Shown one piece after another: positions 9,919-19,487 of a DNA stretch of 64,000 nt (positions within the stretch are counted from its first letter, which is position 1; each line of letters begins with the position of its first letter). Source of the DNA: an uncultured Chloroflexia bacterium (lineage in GTDB: Bacteria > Chloroflexota > Anaerolineae > JAAYZQ01). Location: NCBI GenBank assembly GCA_963700285.1, contig CAVOXA010000014.1:928001-992000 (forward strand), in the 5' to 3' direction. A program made the position numbers and the translations under genes. The notes under the pieces are model-generated. The model saw only the letters and a list, made by a program, of their open reading frames with translations, did not search any database and had not been told where the DNA came from.

Positions 9919-11358
9919 ATGGATGTTCCATGTGTACAAGCCTTGTCGTCGCGAATCCGCTGGGGATCTGCCCGGGCCGACATCACACCGCCCGTCGGGA
10001 TATATCATCGCCTATGGGGGGCTGCTAGCCATGACCGCGCCTCAGGGGTTCACAAACCTCTGTTAGGTGATATCGTAGCCATCGGCCCTGTGGGCGATTC
10101 TGCCCCGCGCTCGTTGCGGGCACATCTTGACCTGGTCTATCTGCCTCTGGACCAGCACAACCTCTTGAGATCAACCCTGAGCCAGGCCAGTGGTGTGTCC
10201 ATAGAACATACGACGATCTCCTATTCCCATACCCATTCCTCGGGCTGGCTCAGTCCGGACCGCTATGAGCTGCCTGGAGGAGACATGATTCCTGCCTACC
10301 TGGAAGAGATGCGGGCTCACTTGCAGCGTGCGGCCCGAGACGCTGTGACCAAAGCTCAGCAAACCAACATCACCTATGCAGTTGGTCGGTGCAATATGGC
10401 TGCCAACCGTGACTATTGGGACGTGGAGAATGGGCATCATGTATGTGGGCTAAACCCAGATGCCCCCGCGGACGATACTGTGCTCGTGGCTCGGGTGACC
10501 GATCTGTCGGGCAATCTGGTTGCAGTCGTGGTCAACTATGCCTGCCACGCTACCTCTCTGTCTTATGAAAACTCGCTGATCAGTCCAGACTATGCGGGCG
10601 CCATGAGGGAAGAGGTCACGCGCGTGACCGGAAGCCCTTGCATCTTTGCCTTGGGACCCTGTGGGGATTTGGGGCCCCGCCGTGGCTATGTGGGAGGCGT
10701 TTCCGTGGCGGATCAGAATGGTCGCTGGCTGGCCTATGCGGCGCTATCTGCCCTGGAGTCCATGGGACCGCCGGCGACTGACTATCAATATCAGGGTCCT
10801 GTCGTCTCGGGCGCAACCCTGGGCGTCTGGCGGGATTCTGGCTTTGGGGACGAACGCAAGGAACAGGTGTCCTATTTTGAAGGGGGAACCCATACTATCG
10901 AACTACCCCTCAAGCCCAGGCCAGAGCCCGATGCGCTTCGCGAAGAAATGGAGCAGTGGCTAGCTCGCCAGAGGGAAGCCAAAGAGTCTGAGGACCTGAT
11001 AGCGGCCAGGGACTTTGGCGCTCGGGCAGAACGGGCTCGACGTTGGCTCGGGCGCATGGCTGCTCTTCCAGAGGGAACGTCCTACCTCTATGGCTTTTCG
11101 GTCTACCGCCTGGGCGACGCCTTCTGGGTGACGTGTGGCGGCGAGCCCTACAGCCTGTTGCAGACCGAACTGCGCAGGCGATTTCCCGACAAGGCAATCC
11201 TGGTAAGCCCGGTATCGGGAGACCCTTCGGTGGCTTATCTTCTGCCCAGGGACCGATACGGCAAAGGGCTGTACCAAGAAGAGCCCTCCATTCTCGCACC
11301 AGGCTGCCTGGAAAAGGCAATCGACAGCATCGCTGAGCAGATCATGGCTTTGCTCTAG
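9919..11358 (+). CDS. Neutral/alkaline ceramidase-like amidohydrolase
   Basis: ARADITPPVG, SHTHS, VNYACHAT, ISPDYAG and GEPY motifs of the neutral ceramidase fold; SD GGAGGAG. Confidence 0.7.
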   Translation: MDVPCVQALSSRIRWGSARADITPPVGIYHRLWGAASHDRASGVHKPLLGDIVAIGPVGDSAPRSLRAHLDLVYLPLDQHNLLRSTLSQASGVSIEHTTISYSHTHSSGWLSPDRYELPGGDMIPAYLEEMRAHLQRAARDAVTKAQQTNITYAVGRCNMAANRDYWDVENGHHVCGLNPDAPADDTVLVARVTDLSGNLVAVVVNYACHATSLSYENSLISPDYAGAMREEVTRVTGSPCIFALGPCGDLGPRRGYVGGVSVADQNGRWLAYAALSALESMGPPATDYQYQGPVVSGATLGVWRDSGFGDERKEQVSYFEGGTHTIELPLKPRPEPDALREEMEQWLARQREAKESEDLIAARDFGARAERARRWLGRMAALPEGTSYLYGFSVYRLGDAFWVTCGGEPYSLLQTELRRRFPDKAILVSPVSGDPSVAYLLPRDRYGKGLYQEEPSILAPGCLEKAIDSIAEQIMALL

Positions 11359-11407
11359 GAATAAGATCCTATACAAGTTCACTGCAAGGAAAATGGAAGG
11401 AGAAACA

Positions 11408-12754
11408 ATGAAACCTACGGCCAGGCAGGAGCGGTTGCTCAAGCACACCTTCATCGACTTTCAGCAGACTTCGGAAGTGATCAAGTCGCCTTTGATCTTT
11501 GAACGTGCTGAGGGGCTCTACTGTTGGGATATTGAGGGCAAGCGTTATTTTGATGCGATCGGCGGCGTCTTTGTCGCTGTCCTGGGACATCGCCATCCTC
11601 GGGTCATGGAGGCAATGCGGCGCCAGATGGAACGGTTGACCTTTGCTGCCCCGCTGCACGGTATTTCGGATGTTACCCTGGAGTTTGTAGATAAACTTGG
11701 CTCGGTCACTCCTGGGAATCTAAACTACATCAAGGGCTTCTCTGGCGGCTCGGAATCCATCGAGGCGGCCCTCAAGTTCGGTCGGCAGTATTTCAGGCAA
11801 ACGGGTCACCCGAGCAAGTACAAGGTAGTCAGTGTCTATCTTGGCTACCACGGGGCGACCTTGGCGACTCTGGCGGCAGGCGCCATGCGCAAGGAGCCTT
11901 TTGAGCCCCACATGGCGGGATTCTTGAAGGTCCCTTCACCCATTCAGTACCGCGATCGATTTGCTTCCTGGGAAGAAACCAACCGCTTCTGTGCCCGCAT
12001 GTTTGAGGATGTGATTGTCAATGAAGGTCCAGAGACAATCTCTGCCATTCTACTGGAACCCATCTGCAACACAGGGGGCATCGTCACCCCAACCGAGGAG
12101 TATTTTCAGATCCTGCGCGATATCTGTGATCGCCACAACGTCCTGCTCATCTTTGACGAGGTCCTGACGGGGATTGGACGGACTGGCGATATGTTTGCGG
12201 CCCAGACCTTTGGTGTGACCCCAGACATCATCTGTTCCGGCAAGGGCCTATCCAGCGGCGGGATCCCCATCGGGGCCATGATCGTGCGTGAGGATCTGGC
12301 TGATGCCTTCTATGGCTCTGAGGAGCTTGGCATCCAGTTCTTCCACGGCCATACCTTTGCTGGCAACCCGCTCTCCTGCGCGGCTGGCATCGCGGTGATT
12401 GACGAGATAGTCGAGAAGGAACTGGACAAAAAAGCAAGGTGGTTGGGCGATCATCTGGTCAAAAGGCTGGAGGGATTGAGTCACCTTGGGGTGATCCGTG
12501 AGGTACGGGGCAAGGGCGTCCTGCGAGGGGTCGAGTTGGTGCAAGATGACACAACCATGGAGCCTTTTCCCGAGGGGCGCAAGCTGGGTGACGTACTCAA
12601 GCGAACTGCGCTCAAGAACGGCTTGATCCTGCGCATCAGCCCAGACTGGTTCGCCGTCTCTCCGCCTCTGATTGCCGAGGAATCTGACATTGACGAAATG
12701 TGCGACCTGATCGAAAAAAGCCTGCGGGAAGCCCTGGAGATACTGAATCGGTAG
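11408..12754 (+). CDS. Class III (omega-amine) PLP aminotransferase
   Basis: LIFDEVLTGIGRTG, SGKGLSSG (PLP lysine), HGHTFAGNP; the ATG at 11393 is an alternative start. Confidence 0.92.
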   Translation: MKPTARQERLLKHTFIDFQQTSEVIKSPLIFERAEGLYCWDIEGKRYFDAIGGVFVAVLGHRHPRVMEAMRRQMERLTFAAPLHGISDVTLEFVDKLGSVTPGNLNYIKGFSGGSESIEAALKFGRQYFRQTGHPSKYKVVSVYLGYHGATLATLAAGAMRKEPFEPHMAGFLKVPSPIQYRDRFASWEETNRFCARMFEDVIVNEGPETISAILLEPICNTGGIVTPTEEYFQILRDICDRHNVLLIFDEVLTGIGRTGDMFAAQTFGVTPDIICSGKGLSSGGIPIGAMIVREDLADAFYGSEELGIQFFHGHTFAGNPLSCAAGIAVIDEIVEKELDKKARWLGDHLVKRLEGLSHLGVIREVRGKGVLRGVELVQDDTTMEPFPEGRKLGDVLKRTALKNGLILRISPDWFAVSPPLIAEESDIDEMCDLIEKSLREALEILNR

Positions 12755-12881
12755 TTGGGTGAGAGACAGGAATGAAGAACTGATGCTGACCACTGGACAG
12801 TGTAATAGGATGATCGATGCACGATGCTCAAAGACGCATCTCATCGCAGGTGCTTGTTGAGCATCTAGAGCAAAAAGGGGG

Positions 12882-14162
12882 ATGAACATGCCAGATTTTA
12901 TCAAAGCAAGGACACTGTTACAAGAGTTCAAGGGTGATACCTATGTCCATGGATTGGGGGTACTGTCCCAGGTCGGGCAGCAGGCGACTGCCCTGGGCAA
13001 GCATGCGGCACTGGTCTGCGACGTGTTCCCGGGTTCGGACAAGTGGGTGATGCGCATCGAAGAATCGCTCCAAGAGGCGGGGGTCGAGGTACCCGGCAGG
13101 GTTCCAGGGGCCAGCCCTAATGCACCGCGTGAGGATTTAAGCCGGATTAGAGCAGAACTCGAGTCGCTCAACCCCGATGTCATTGTGAGTTTTGGAGGCG
13201 GCAGCACCATCGATGCCACCAAGGCTGCCGAAGTTCTTCGTACGTTGGGCGGTGATATTGAGGACTATTTTGGGATGGGTCTGGTCTCAAAGAAGGTGAG
13301 TGACACTGGAATACGGCTGACTCCCCATGTGGCCATCCAGACCGCCGCCAGTTCCGGGGCTCATTTGACAAAGTACTCGAATATTACGGACATAGCCACC
13401 GGGCAGAAAAAGCTGATTGTGGACGAGGCTGTTGTGCCAGTGCGGCCCATGTTTGACTATGCAGTCACCATTGGAGCGCCGGCCGCCTTGACAGCCGACG
13501 GCGCCCTGGACGGAATTGCCCACTGCCTAGAAGTTCTATACGGCTCAGTGGGCCAGCCAATCTACGACAGGATGCAGGAGGTGGCTGGGGAGGGTATCCG
13601 CCTTGTGGTTGAGTATCTGCCCCAGGCATTGGAGGATCCACAGGATCCCGAGGCTCGGGAGGCATTGGGCCTGGCAACAGACCTGGGCGGCTATGCCATC
13701 ATGCTGGGCGGTACCAATGGCGCCCACCTTACCAGTTTCTCTCTGGTGGATGTCCTGAGCCATGGTCGTGCTTGCGCCATCATGAACCCCTATTATACAG
13801 TCTTTTTCGCACCAGAGATCCAGGACCCCCTCAGACTCGTGGGCAAGATCCATCGGGAGAATGGATATTCGGATGCCGACTTTGATGCTCTGGAAGGACG
13901 GGAGCTGGGCATAGCCGTCGCCAATGCCATGATCTCCTTTGAAAGACATGTGGGATTTCCAACCACTCTGAGTCAAGTACCCGGGTTCAGCGATGCCCAC
14001 ACCCAACGGGCACTGGCCGCAGCCAAGAATCCACAACTCAAGATGAAGCTGGAGAACATGCCGGTAGCGCTCACGGCAGAGATGGTTGACGAGTACATGG
14101 GACCGGTGCTGGAAGCGGCTACATCGGGTGACCTGACTGTGATCAAGAACGTACCTCGCTAA
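12882..14162 (+). CDS. Iron-containing alcohol dehydrogenase family protein
   Basis: GGGSTIDATK, DGIAHCLE, GAHLTS...SHGRACA metal ligands. Confidence 0.88.
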   Translation: MNMPDFIKARTLLQEFKGDTYVHGLGVLSQVGQQATALGKHAALVCDVFPGSDKWVMRIEESLQEAGVEVPGRVPGASPNAPREDLSRIRAELESLNPDVIVSFGGGSTIDATKAAEVLRTLGGDIEDYFGMGLVSKKVSDTGIRLTPHVAIQTAASSGAHLTKYSNITDIATGQKKLIVDEAVVPVRPMFDYAVTIGAPAALTADGALDGIAHCLEVLYGSVGQPIYDRMQEVAGEGIRLVVEYLPQALEDPQDPEAREALGLATDLGGYAIMLGGTNGAHLTSFSLVDVLSHGRACAIMNPYYTVFFAPEIQDPLRLVGKIHRENGYSDADFDALEGRELGIAVANAMISFERHVGFPTTLSQVPGFSDAHTQRALAAAKNPQLKMKLENMPVALTAEMVDEYMGPVLEAATSGDLTVIKNVPR

Positions 14163-14320
14163 AAGGACACGAGCGAGACGTCGAGCGAACGACGGCACGG
14201 CGTGCCAAGACTCAGAAGGTGTCCTGCAGGTCCCGGCTGGCAAAAGCTGGCCCGGCTATGTAGGCGACTGCTTGATACCGTGAGAAAACAGTTACCGAAA
14301 CAGCACCATGGAGGAGTCCT

Positions 14321-15499
14321 GTGATGATCCAAAATCCTGTGGAAAAACTGAGCGAGTCCAGTTCAGACCTGGAAGTCTGGTGGGATTCTTCACCCCTGGT
14401 TTATGAACCATGGACTGAGGGCATGGGAGGGGCTGATAGGGCAGGAAACCTGTTCGACATCGAGGTTGCAAGCTCGGGAGCCACCCGGTTCCGAAGCAAC
14501 AGCTTGGTGAGGGGCGCAACGACCAACCAACCTCTAACCTGGCAGGTGATCGACAGCGAGCCCGACAAGTGGAGCGCTTGGCTGAGGGCCCAGCTGGAAG
14601 CCGAACCCGATCTGACCGCAAGGGACGCCATGTGGCGACTCTTTATCGAGGTTGCAGTCCAGGGTGCTGACAAACTGGCGCCCATCTTTCAAGCCTCAGG
14701 CCATCGCCATGGGTACATCTGCTGCCAGGTTGACCCGCGGGATATGACAAACCTGGATGCCATGCTAGAACAGGCCCGCCGCATCCATGGCGCGAGGCCG
14801 AACCTGATGGTCAAAATGCCCGGCACGAAGGAGGGCATTGAGGGTGTACGGATCCTGACTTCTGAGGGTATCCCCACCAACGTCACATTAGGTTTTACGG
14901 TTCCTCAATTGGTAGCCGTGGGACAAGCAGCCCAGGCGGGCTTGGACAAAGCGGTGGAGCAAGGCACCGATCTCCGCAACTGGCGCTCCTGTGCCGTTAT
15001 GATGCTGGGTCGGTACGAGGGCGCAGCTCCCATGCAAGCTCAGGCCGAGGAACGCGGCATCAAGTTGAGCGAGTCCGATTTGCGCTGGGCTGGAATCTCC
15101 ATCTTTCGCAAAGCTCATCGCATCTTTCGGGAACGGAGATATCCCAGCAAATTGATGGCTGCTTCGATGAGACTGGGGCCAGTGGTAGACGGCGTGACCC
15201 GGGTATGGCACCTGGAGAAACTGGCGGGTGCGAATGCCGTACTGACGGTGTTTCCCAATGTATTTGAAGCTTTTCTCGCTGCCTACGGCGATTTGCCGTT
15301 GGAGCCTCAGATCGAGGAACCCATTCCCGATCAAGTCTTGGAGCGGTTGTCACAGATTCCTTACTTTGCAGAAGCATACGACGAGCATGGGATCGCCCCA
15401 GAAGACTGGGCGAGCCATCCCGCTCTCCAGGTCACGGCCGCCAGTTTTTCTGAAGCCATGGAAGAGATCGAGATGTTCGCGGCCAGATCTATCGAATAG
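14321..15499 (+). CDS. Transaldolase family protein (atypical active site), paralog 1
   Basis: WWDS, TTNQP, CQVDPR, VKMPGT (Schiff-base Lys), NVTLGF, LGR, AASMR. Confidence 0.85.
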   Translation: MMIQNPVEKLSESSSDLEVWWDSSPLVYEPWTEGMGGADRAGNLFDIEVASSGATRFRSNSLVRGATTNQPLTWQVIDSEPDKWSAWLRAQLEAEPDLTARDAMWRLFIEVAVQGADKLAPIFQASGHRHGYICCQVDPRDMTNLDAMLEQARRIHGARPNLMVKMPGTKEGIEGVRILTSEGIPTNVTLGFTVPQLVAVGQAAQAGLDKAVEQGTDLRNWRSCAVMMLGRYEGAAPMQAQAEERGIKLSESDLRWAGISIFRKAHRIFRERRYPSKLMAASMRLGPVVDGVTRVWHLEKLAGANAVLTVFPNVFEAFLAAYGDLPLEPQIEEPIPDQVLERLSQIPYFAEAYDEHGIAPEDWASHPALQVTAASFSEAMEEIEMFAARSIE

Positions 15500-15507
15500 G
15501 AGACAAC

Positions 15508-16842
15508 ATGGACAGCAATCAGCAACTCTGGAGCAGGGCGTCGCAAGTTCTTCCAGGCGGTGTCTGCTCATCGGCACGCATAAACAACGGGCTCGGCCAT
15601 CCATTCTACATATCGCGGGCCAAAGGCAGCAAGGTCTACGACCTGGAAGGCAGAGAATATATCGACCTGTGCCTCTCTTTTGGGGCTTCCCTGCTGGGGC
15701 ATGCCCATCCACAGGTCGTTGAGGGCATCGCGCAGGCCGTAGAGATGGGCATCATGTGTGCCTACGAAAACGAATGGCAAACACGGCTCGCCGAGAAAAT
15801 CGCTGCGACGGTCCCCTGCATCGACATGCTTCGCTTTTCGATCAGCGGCACCGAGACGACGGGCTATGCCGTCAAGCTTGCCCGCGAATACACCGGGCGC
15901 AAGTACGTCGTCAAGTTCGAAGGCCACTTTCACGGTTTCAACGACTACCTGGCCTACAACTACTGGCCGCCACGGGGAGACACCTGGCCCAAGATCACAC
16001 CTGCGGTACAGGGGATGCCTGACTACCTGCAGGATGGCGTGATTGTCCTGCCCTACAACGACTTTGAACGCATCGAGGAAACGATGAGCCAGCGCGGCCA
16101 CGAGATTGCCGCCGTCATGCTGGAGCCGGTCAACTATAACAGCGGCACCATCCTGCCACAACCAGGCTACCTCGAACTCCTCCGGCGGCTGACCGCTGAA
16201 CAAGGCTCGCTCCTGATCTTTGACGAGATCCTCTCCGGATATCGCACGGGACCTGGCTGTATCCAGGGGACCTACGGCGTCACCCCGGACCTATGCACGC
16301 TGGGCAAGGCCATTGCAGGGGGAATACCGCTGAGTGTCTTTGGCGGCAAGCGGGAGTTCATGGAGCATATCTCGCCCCTGGGCAAGGCACAGCACAGTGG
16401 CACCTTCAATGGAGGCATGGTGGCCGTCATGGCCGCCAACGCGTTCTATGACCTGATCCTGGAAGAAGGCTTCTATGATGGCTTGTTGGAGCGCTGCGAC
16501 CGGTTTTACGCGGGCATCAACGAGATCATGGTCCGCCTTGGCTTTGTAGGGCGGGTGCAGGGCAAGGGAGCACGCTTTTCGTTCTTGTTCGGACCGGTCG
16601 CAGAGAAACCAGATATCCGAAACTATCAAGACCTTATCGACAATGAATGGGGGCTGTTGAATCGCTTCTATACTGCCTGCCTCAATCACGGCGTCTATGT
16701 CCACACCATGCTCCATCATGGCCTGTCATCGGCTCACACGGATGCGGACATCGATCGCGCGCTGGAGGGCATCGAGGCCGCCCTGCGCGAAGTGATGGCC
16801 GGCGGTTCAGCGCCAGACACATCGGCCGCGGCTCCCTTCTAG
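15508..16842 (+). CDS. Class III aminotransferase, glutamate-1-semialdehyde aminomutase-like
   Basis: LPGGVCSSAR, SGTE, KFEGHFHG, IFDEILSGYR, LGKAIAGG, SGTFNG; the gene context is not tetrapyrrole synthesis. Confidence 0.88.
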   Translation: MDSNQQLWSRASQVLPGGVCSSARINNGLGHPFYISRAKGSKVYDLEGREYIDLCLSFGASLLGHAHPQVVEGIAQAVEMGIMCAYENEWQTRLAEKIAATVPCIDMLRFSISGTETTGYAVKLAREYTGRKYVVKFEGHFHGFNDYLAYNYWPPRGDTWPKITPAVQGMPDYLQDGVIVLPYNDFERIEETMSQRGHEIAAVMLEPVNYNSGTILPQPGYLELLRRLTAEQGSLLIFDEILSGYRTGPGCIQGTYGVTPDLCTLGKAIAGGIPLSVFGGKREFMEHISPLGKAQHSGTFNGGMVAVMAANAFYDLILEEGFYDGLLERCDRFYAGINEIMVRLGFVGRVQGKGARFSFLFGPVAEKPDIRNYQDLIDNEWGLLNRFYTACLNHGVYVHTMLHHGLSSAHTDADIDRALEGIEAALREVMAGGSAPDTSAAAPF

Positions 16843-16859
16843 ACTTGGAGGTTCGCCCC

Positions 16860-18239
16860 TTGAATGATCTTCTGATCGCAGGCGGGACCGTCGTGGACCC
16901 GGCCAACGGCTTGCACGGCCGTGCGGACGTGGCCATCAAGAACGGCAAGGTTGTGGCCGTTGCTGAGGAACTCGGCCGGGGCCAAGCATACCAGGTAGTA
17001 AGTGCCGAAGGCAGATGGGTGCTGCCAGGTCTGGTCGACAGCCACGTTCACGTGTCCTCAAAGCCGGAAGGCTACCGCATGATGGCCAGGGCGGGGGTGA
17101 CCTGTGCCCTGGACACGGCCGGCCAACCGGAAGAGATGATCAAGGGGCTGGAAAGAGCCGGCTCTGGCTTGACAGTGGGCTTTCTCTATCCACTGATTCC
17201 GGGTGAGACCATTTCGGATCGGCAACCCAGCCAAAGGGAAATCGCCCGCGTCCTGGATCGCGCTCTTGATCAGGGCGCTCTGGGGGTGAAGATCCTGGGA
17301 GGACACTATCCACTCTCCCCGGAGGCTACGGCCCGGATCATCGAGGAAGCGCACGCGATAGGCTGTTGGTGCGCCGTCCACGCGGGCACCTCGGCAACCG
17401 GCAGCAATATCGAGGGGCTTGAGGAGCTAGTCGACCTCTCAGGGAGCCTGCCGGTCCACATCGCTCACGTGAATTCTTACTGCCGCGGCCAAATAACGGG
17501 CGACCCATTGCTGGAGGCGGGCCGGGCCTTGAAGGCTCTTGCGCGGGCGCCAGCAGCCCGGTGTGAGTCATACCTGTCCCCATGGAATGGGACGAGCGCC
17601 CGGGTAGATCATGGCATACCCAAGAGCCGGGTGACACAGACCTGTCTCTTGAGTGGGGGATACGCCGCGACGGCGGCAGGCATGGAGGAGGCCATCGCGG
17701 CAGGATGGGCGCGCATCCACGGTGTACGCGACAGTGAGATTGAGCTGCTGCCTCCAGTTCAGGGACTAAAGACCTATCTCGCGCACGACTCCCAGGTATA
17801 TGTCAGCTTTCCCGTGAACTCTCCGGGCGTTGCCGTTGCCCTGGCAGTCGCCAGGGCCAACGGCTCCTTCGCAGTGGATGCGCTGAGTACCGACGGAGGC
17901 GGTATCCCACGCAACACCACGCTGGTACAAGGGCTGGCCTTGGTCAGCTTTGGCGCCATGACGATGGAAGACTTGATCACCAAGGCCTGCCTGAATCCGG
18001 CGCGGATGCTGGGACTGAGCAGAAAGGGCCACTTGGGTCCTGGGGCCGATGCAGATCTGATTGTGGTGGACCCGGTCACGGGCCAGGTCGCCTGGAGTAG
18101 TGTAGAAGGACAGGTCATCGTTCAAGAGGCCAAGGTAGTTGGGCAAGGTGGTTGTCTGCTGACCACGGAGGGCGGGCAGGCTGCTCTGAGAGAGCAAGGA
18201 ACCCCGGCCAGGGTAGTGACCCCCGAATGGCTGGTTTGA
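16860..18239 (+). CDS. Metal-dependent amidohydrolase (dihydroorotase-like)
   Basis: GGTVVDPANG, PGLVDSHVH, NPARMLGL..KGHLGPGADAD; TTG start after SD GGAGG (the ORF-track start at 16647 overlaps the previous gene). Confidence 0.85.
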   Translation: MNDLLIAGGTVVDPANGLHGRADVAIKNGKVVAVAEELGRGQAYQVVSAEGRWVLPGLVDSHVHVSSKPEGYRMMARAGVTCALDTAGQPEEMIKGLERAGSGLTVGFLYPLIPGETISDRQPSQREIARVLDRALDQGALGVKILGGHYPLSPEATARIIEEAHAIGCWCAVHAGTSATGSNIEGLEELVDLSGSLPVHIAHVNSYCRGQITGDPLLEAGRALKALARAPAARCESYLSPWNGTSARVDHGIPKSRVTQTCLLSGGYAATAAGMEEAIAAGWARIHGVRDSEIELLPPVQGLKTYLAHDSQVYVSFPVNSPGVAVALAVARANGSFAVDALSTDGGGIPRNTTLVQGLALVSFGAMTMEDLITKACLNPARMLGLSRKGHLGPGADADLIVVDPVTGQVAWSSVEGQVIVQEAKVVGQGGCLLTTEGGQAALREQGTPARVVTPEWLV

Positions 18240-18279
18240 GCCGGCGATGGACATCCGCAGGGCAGATTGGAGACAAACC

Positions 18280-19467
18280 ATGGCAGGACTGAATCCGATT
18301 AAGAAACTGATCGATACGAACCCGAACCTGGAGGTTTGGTGGGACTCGTCGCCGCTTATCTTTGAGGAGTGGGCTGCAGGTTTGGATCCGGCCTTTCAGG
18401 AGATCCAGTTGTTCGATGTGGCAGCCACGAGTACAGCTTCTGTCGTGTTCGAGAACAGCAGCCTGCTGCGTGGTTCCACCACCAATCAGCCCCTGACCTG
18501 GCAAGTCATCCAAGAGAACCCTGGTTTCTGGGGCGATTGGCTGGAGGCACAGCTAGCAGAAGCCCCAAATCTGTCCGCCAAAGAAGCGATGTGGCGCTTG
18601 TTCATCGGGGTAGCAGCCAGAGGCGCCGCTCTGTTGGCACCCATCTTTGAGGGATCCGGGTATCACCAAGGCCAGATCTGCTGCCAAGTGGATCCGCGCG
18701 ATATGACGGATCTGGACGCGATGCTGGTCCAGGCCCGGCACATCCACGCCGCGCGACCGAATATCATGGTCAAGATGCCCGGCACCCAGGAGGGCATCGA
18801 AGGAGTCCGCATCCTGACCGCAGAGGGTATACCGACCAACGTCACGCTGGGCTTTACGGTCCCGCAGCTCGTTGCCGTGGGCGAGGCAGCACAGGCTGGC
18901 CTCGCTCTGGCCAGAGAACGTGGTACGGATCTCCGCTACTGGCGGTCCTGCGCTGTGATGATGCTGGGCCGGTACGAGGGAGCGCCGCCGATGCAGATCC
19001 AGGCGGAAGAGCGGGGCATCGATCTTACAGAGGCCGAACTGCGCTGGGCAGGGATCGCCATATTCCGCAAAGCCCACCGCATTTTCAAGGAGCGGAGCTA
19101 TCCCAGCAAGTTGATGGCGGCCTCGATGCGATTAGGTCCCACTGTGGGTGGTATAACCCGCGTCTGGCACCTCGAAAAGCTGGCCGGTGCCGACGCCGTG
19201 TTGACAGTATTCCCCAATGTCTTTGAAGCTTTTATCTCCGCCTACGGCGATCTGCCCCTTGAGCCACAGATCGATGAACCGATTCCCGAAGAGGTTCTGG
19301 AGCGACTTTTGCGCATCCCCTATTTTGCGGAAGCCTATGATGAGAATGGTATCGCCCCAGAGGATTTTGTCCACCATCCCGCTCTGGATATCACAGCCGC
19401 TGCCTTTTCTGAGGCGATGGCAGAAATTGAGGCATTTGCCACAGAAAGGGTACGGATCTCCGGCTGA
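18280..19467 (+). CDS. Transaldolase family protein (atypical active site), paralog 2
   Basis: Same motifs as 14321-15499 and highly similar to it; ATG after SD GGAG. Confidence 0.85.
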   Translation: MAGLNPIKKLIDTNPNLEVWWDSSPLIFEEWAAGLDPAFQEIQLFDVAATSTASVVFENSSLLRGSTTNQPLTWQVIQENPGFWGDWLEAQLAEAPNLSAKEAMWRLFIGVAARGAALLAPIFEGSGYHQGQICCQVDPRDMTDLDAMLVQARHIHAARPNIMVKMPGTQEGIEGVRILTAEGIPTNVTLGFTVPQLVAVGEAAQAGLALARERGTDLRYWRSCAVMMLGRYEGAPPMQIQAEERGIDLTEAELRWAGIAIFRKAHRIFKERSYPSKLMAASMRLGPTVGGITRVWHLEKLAGADAVLTVFPNVFEAFISAYGDLPLEPQIDEPIPEEVLERLLRIPYFAEAYDENGIAPEDFVHHPALDITAAAFSEAMAEIEAFATERVRISG

Positions 19468-19487
19468 TTGCGCCCTGCTGCCCACAG

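Noticed and set aside
14163-14310. Structured spacer before transaldolase 1 as a riboswitch
   Set aside because: Only short stems (AGGACAC/GTGTCCT) are present, with no recognisable aptamer motif.
15508-16842. Calling this gene hemL and the URO-D genes hemE (heme pathway)
   Set aside because: No other tetrapyrrole genes are present, the sequences are divergent superfamily members and the context is catabolic.
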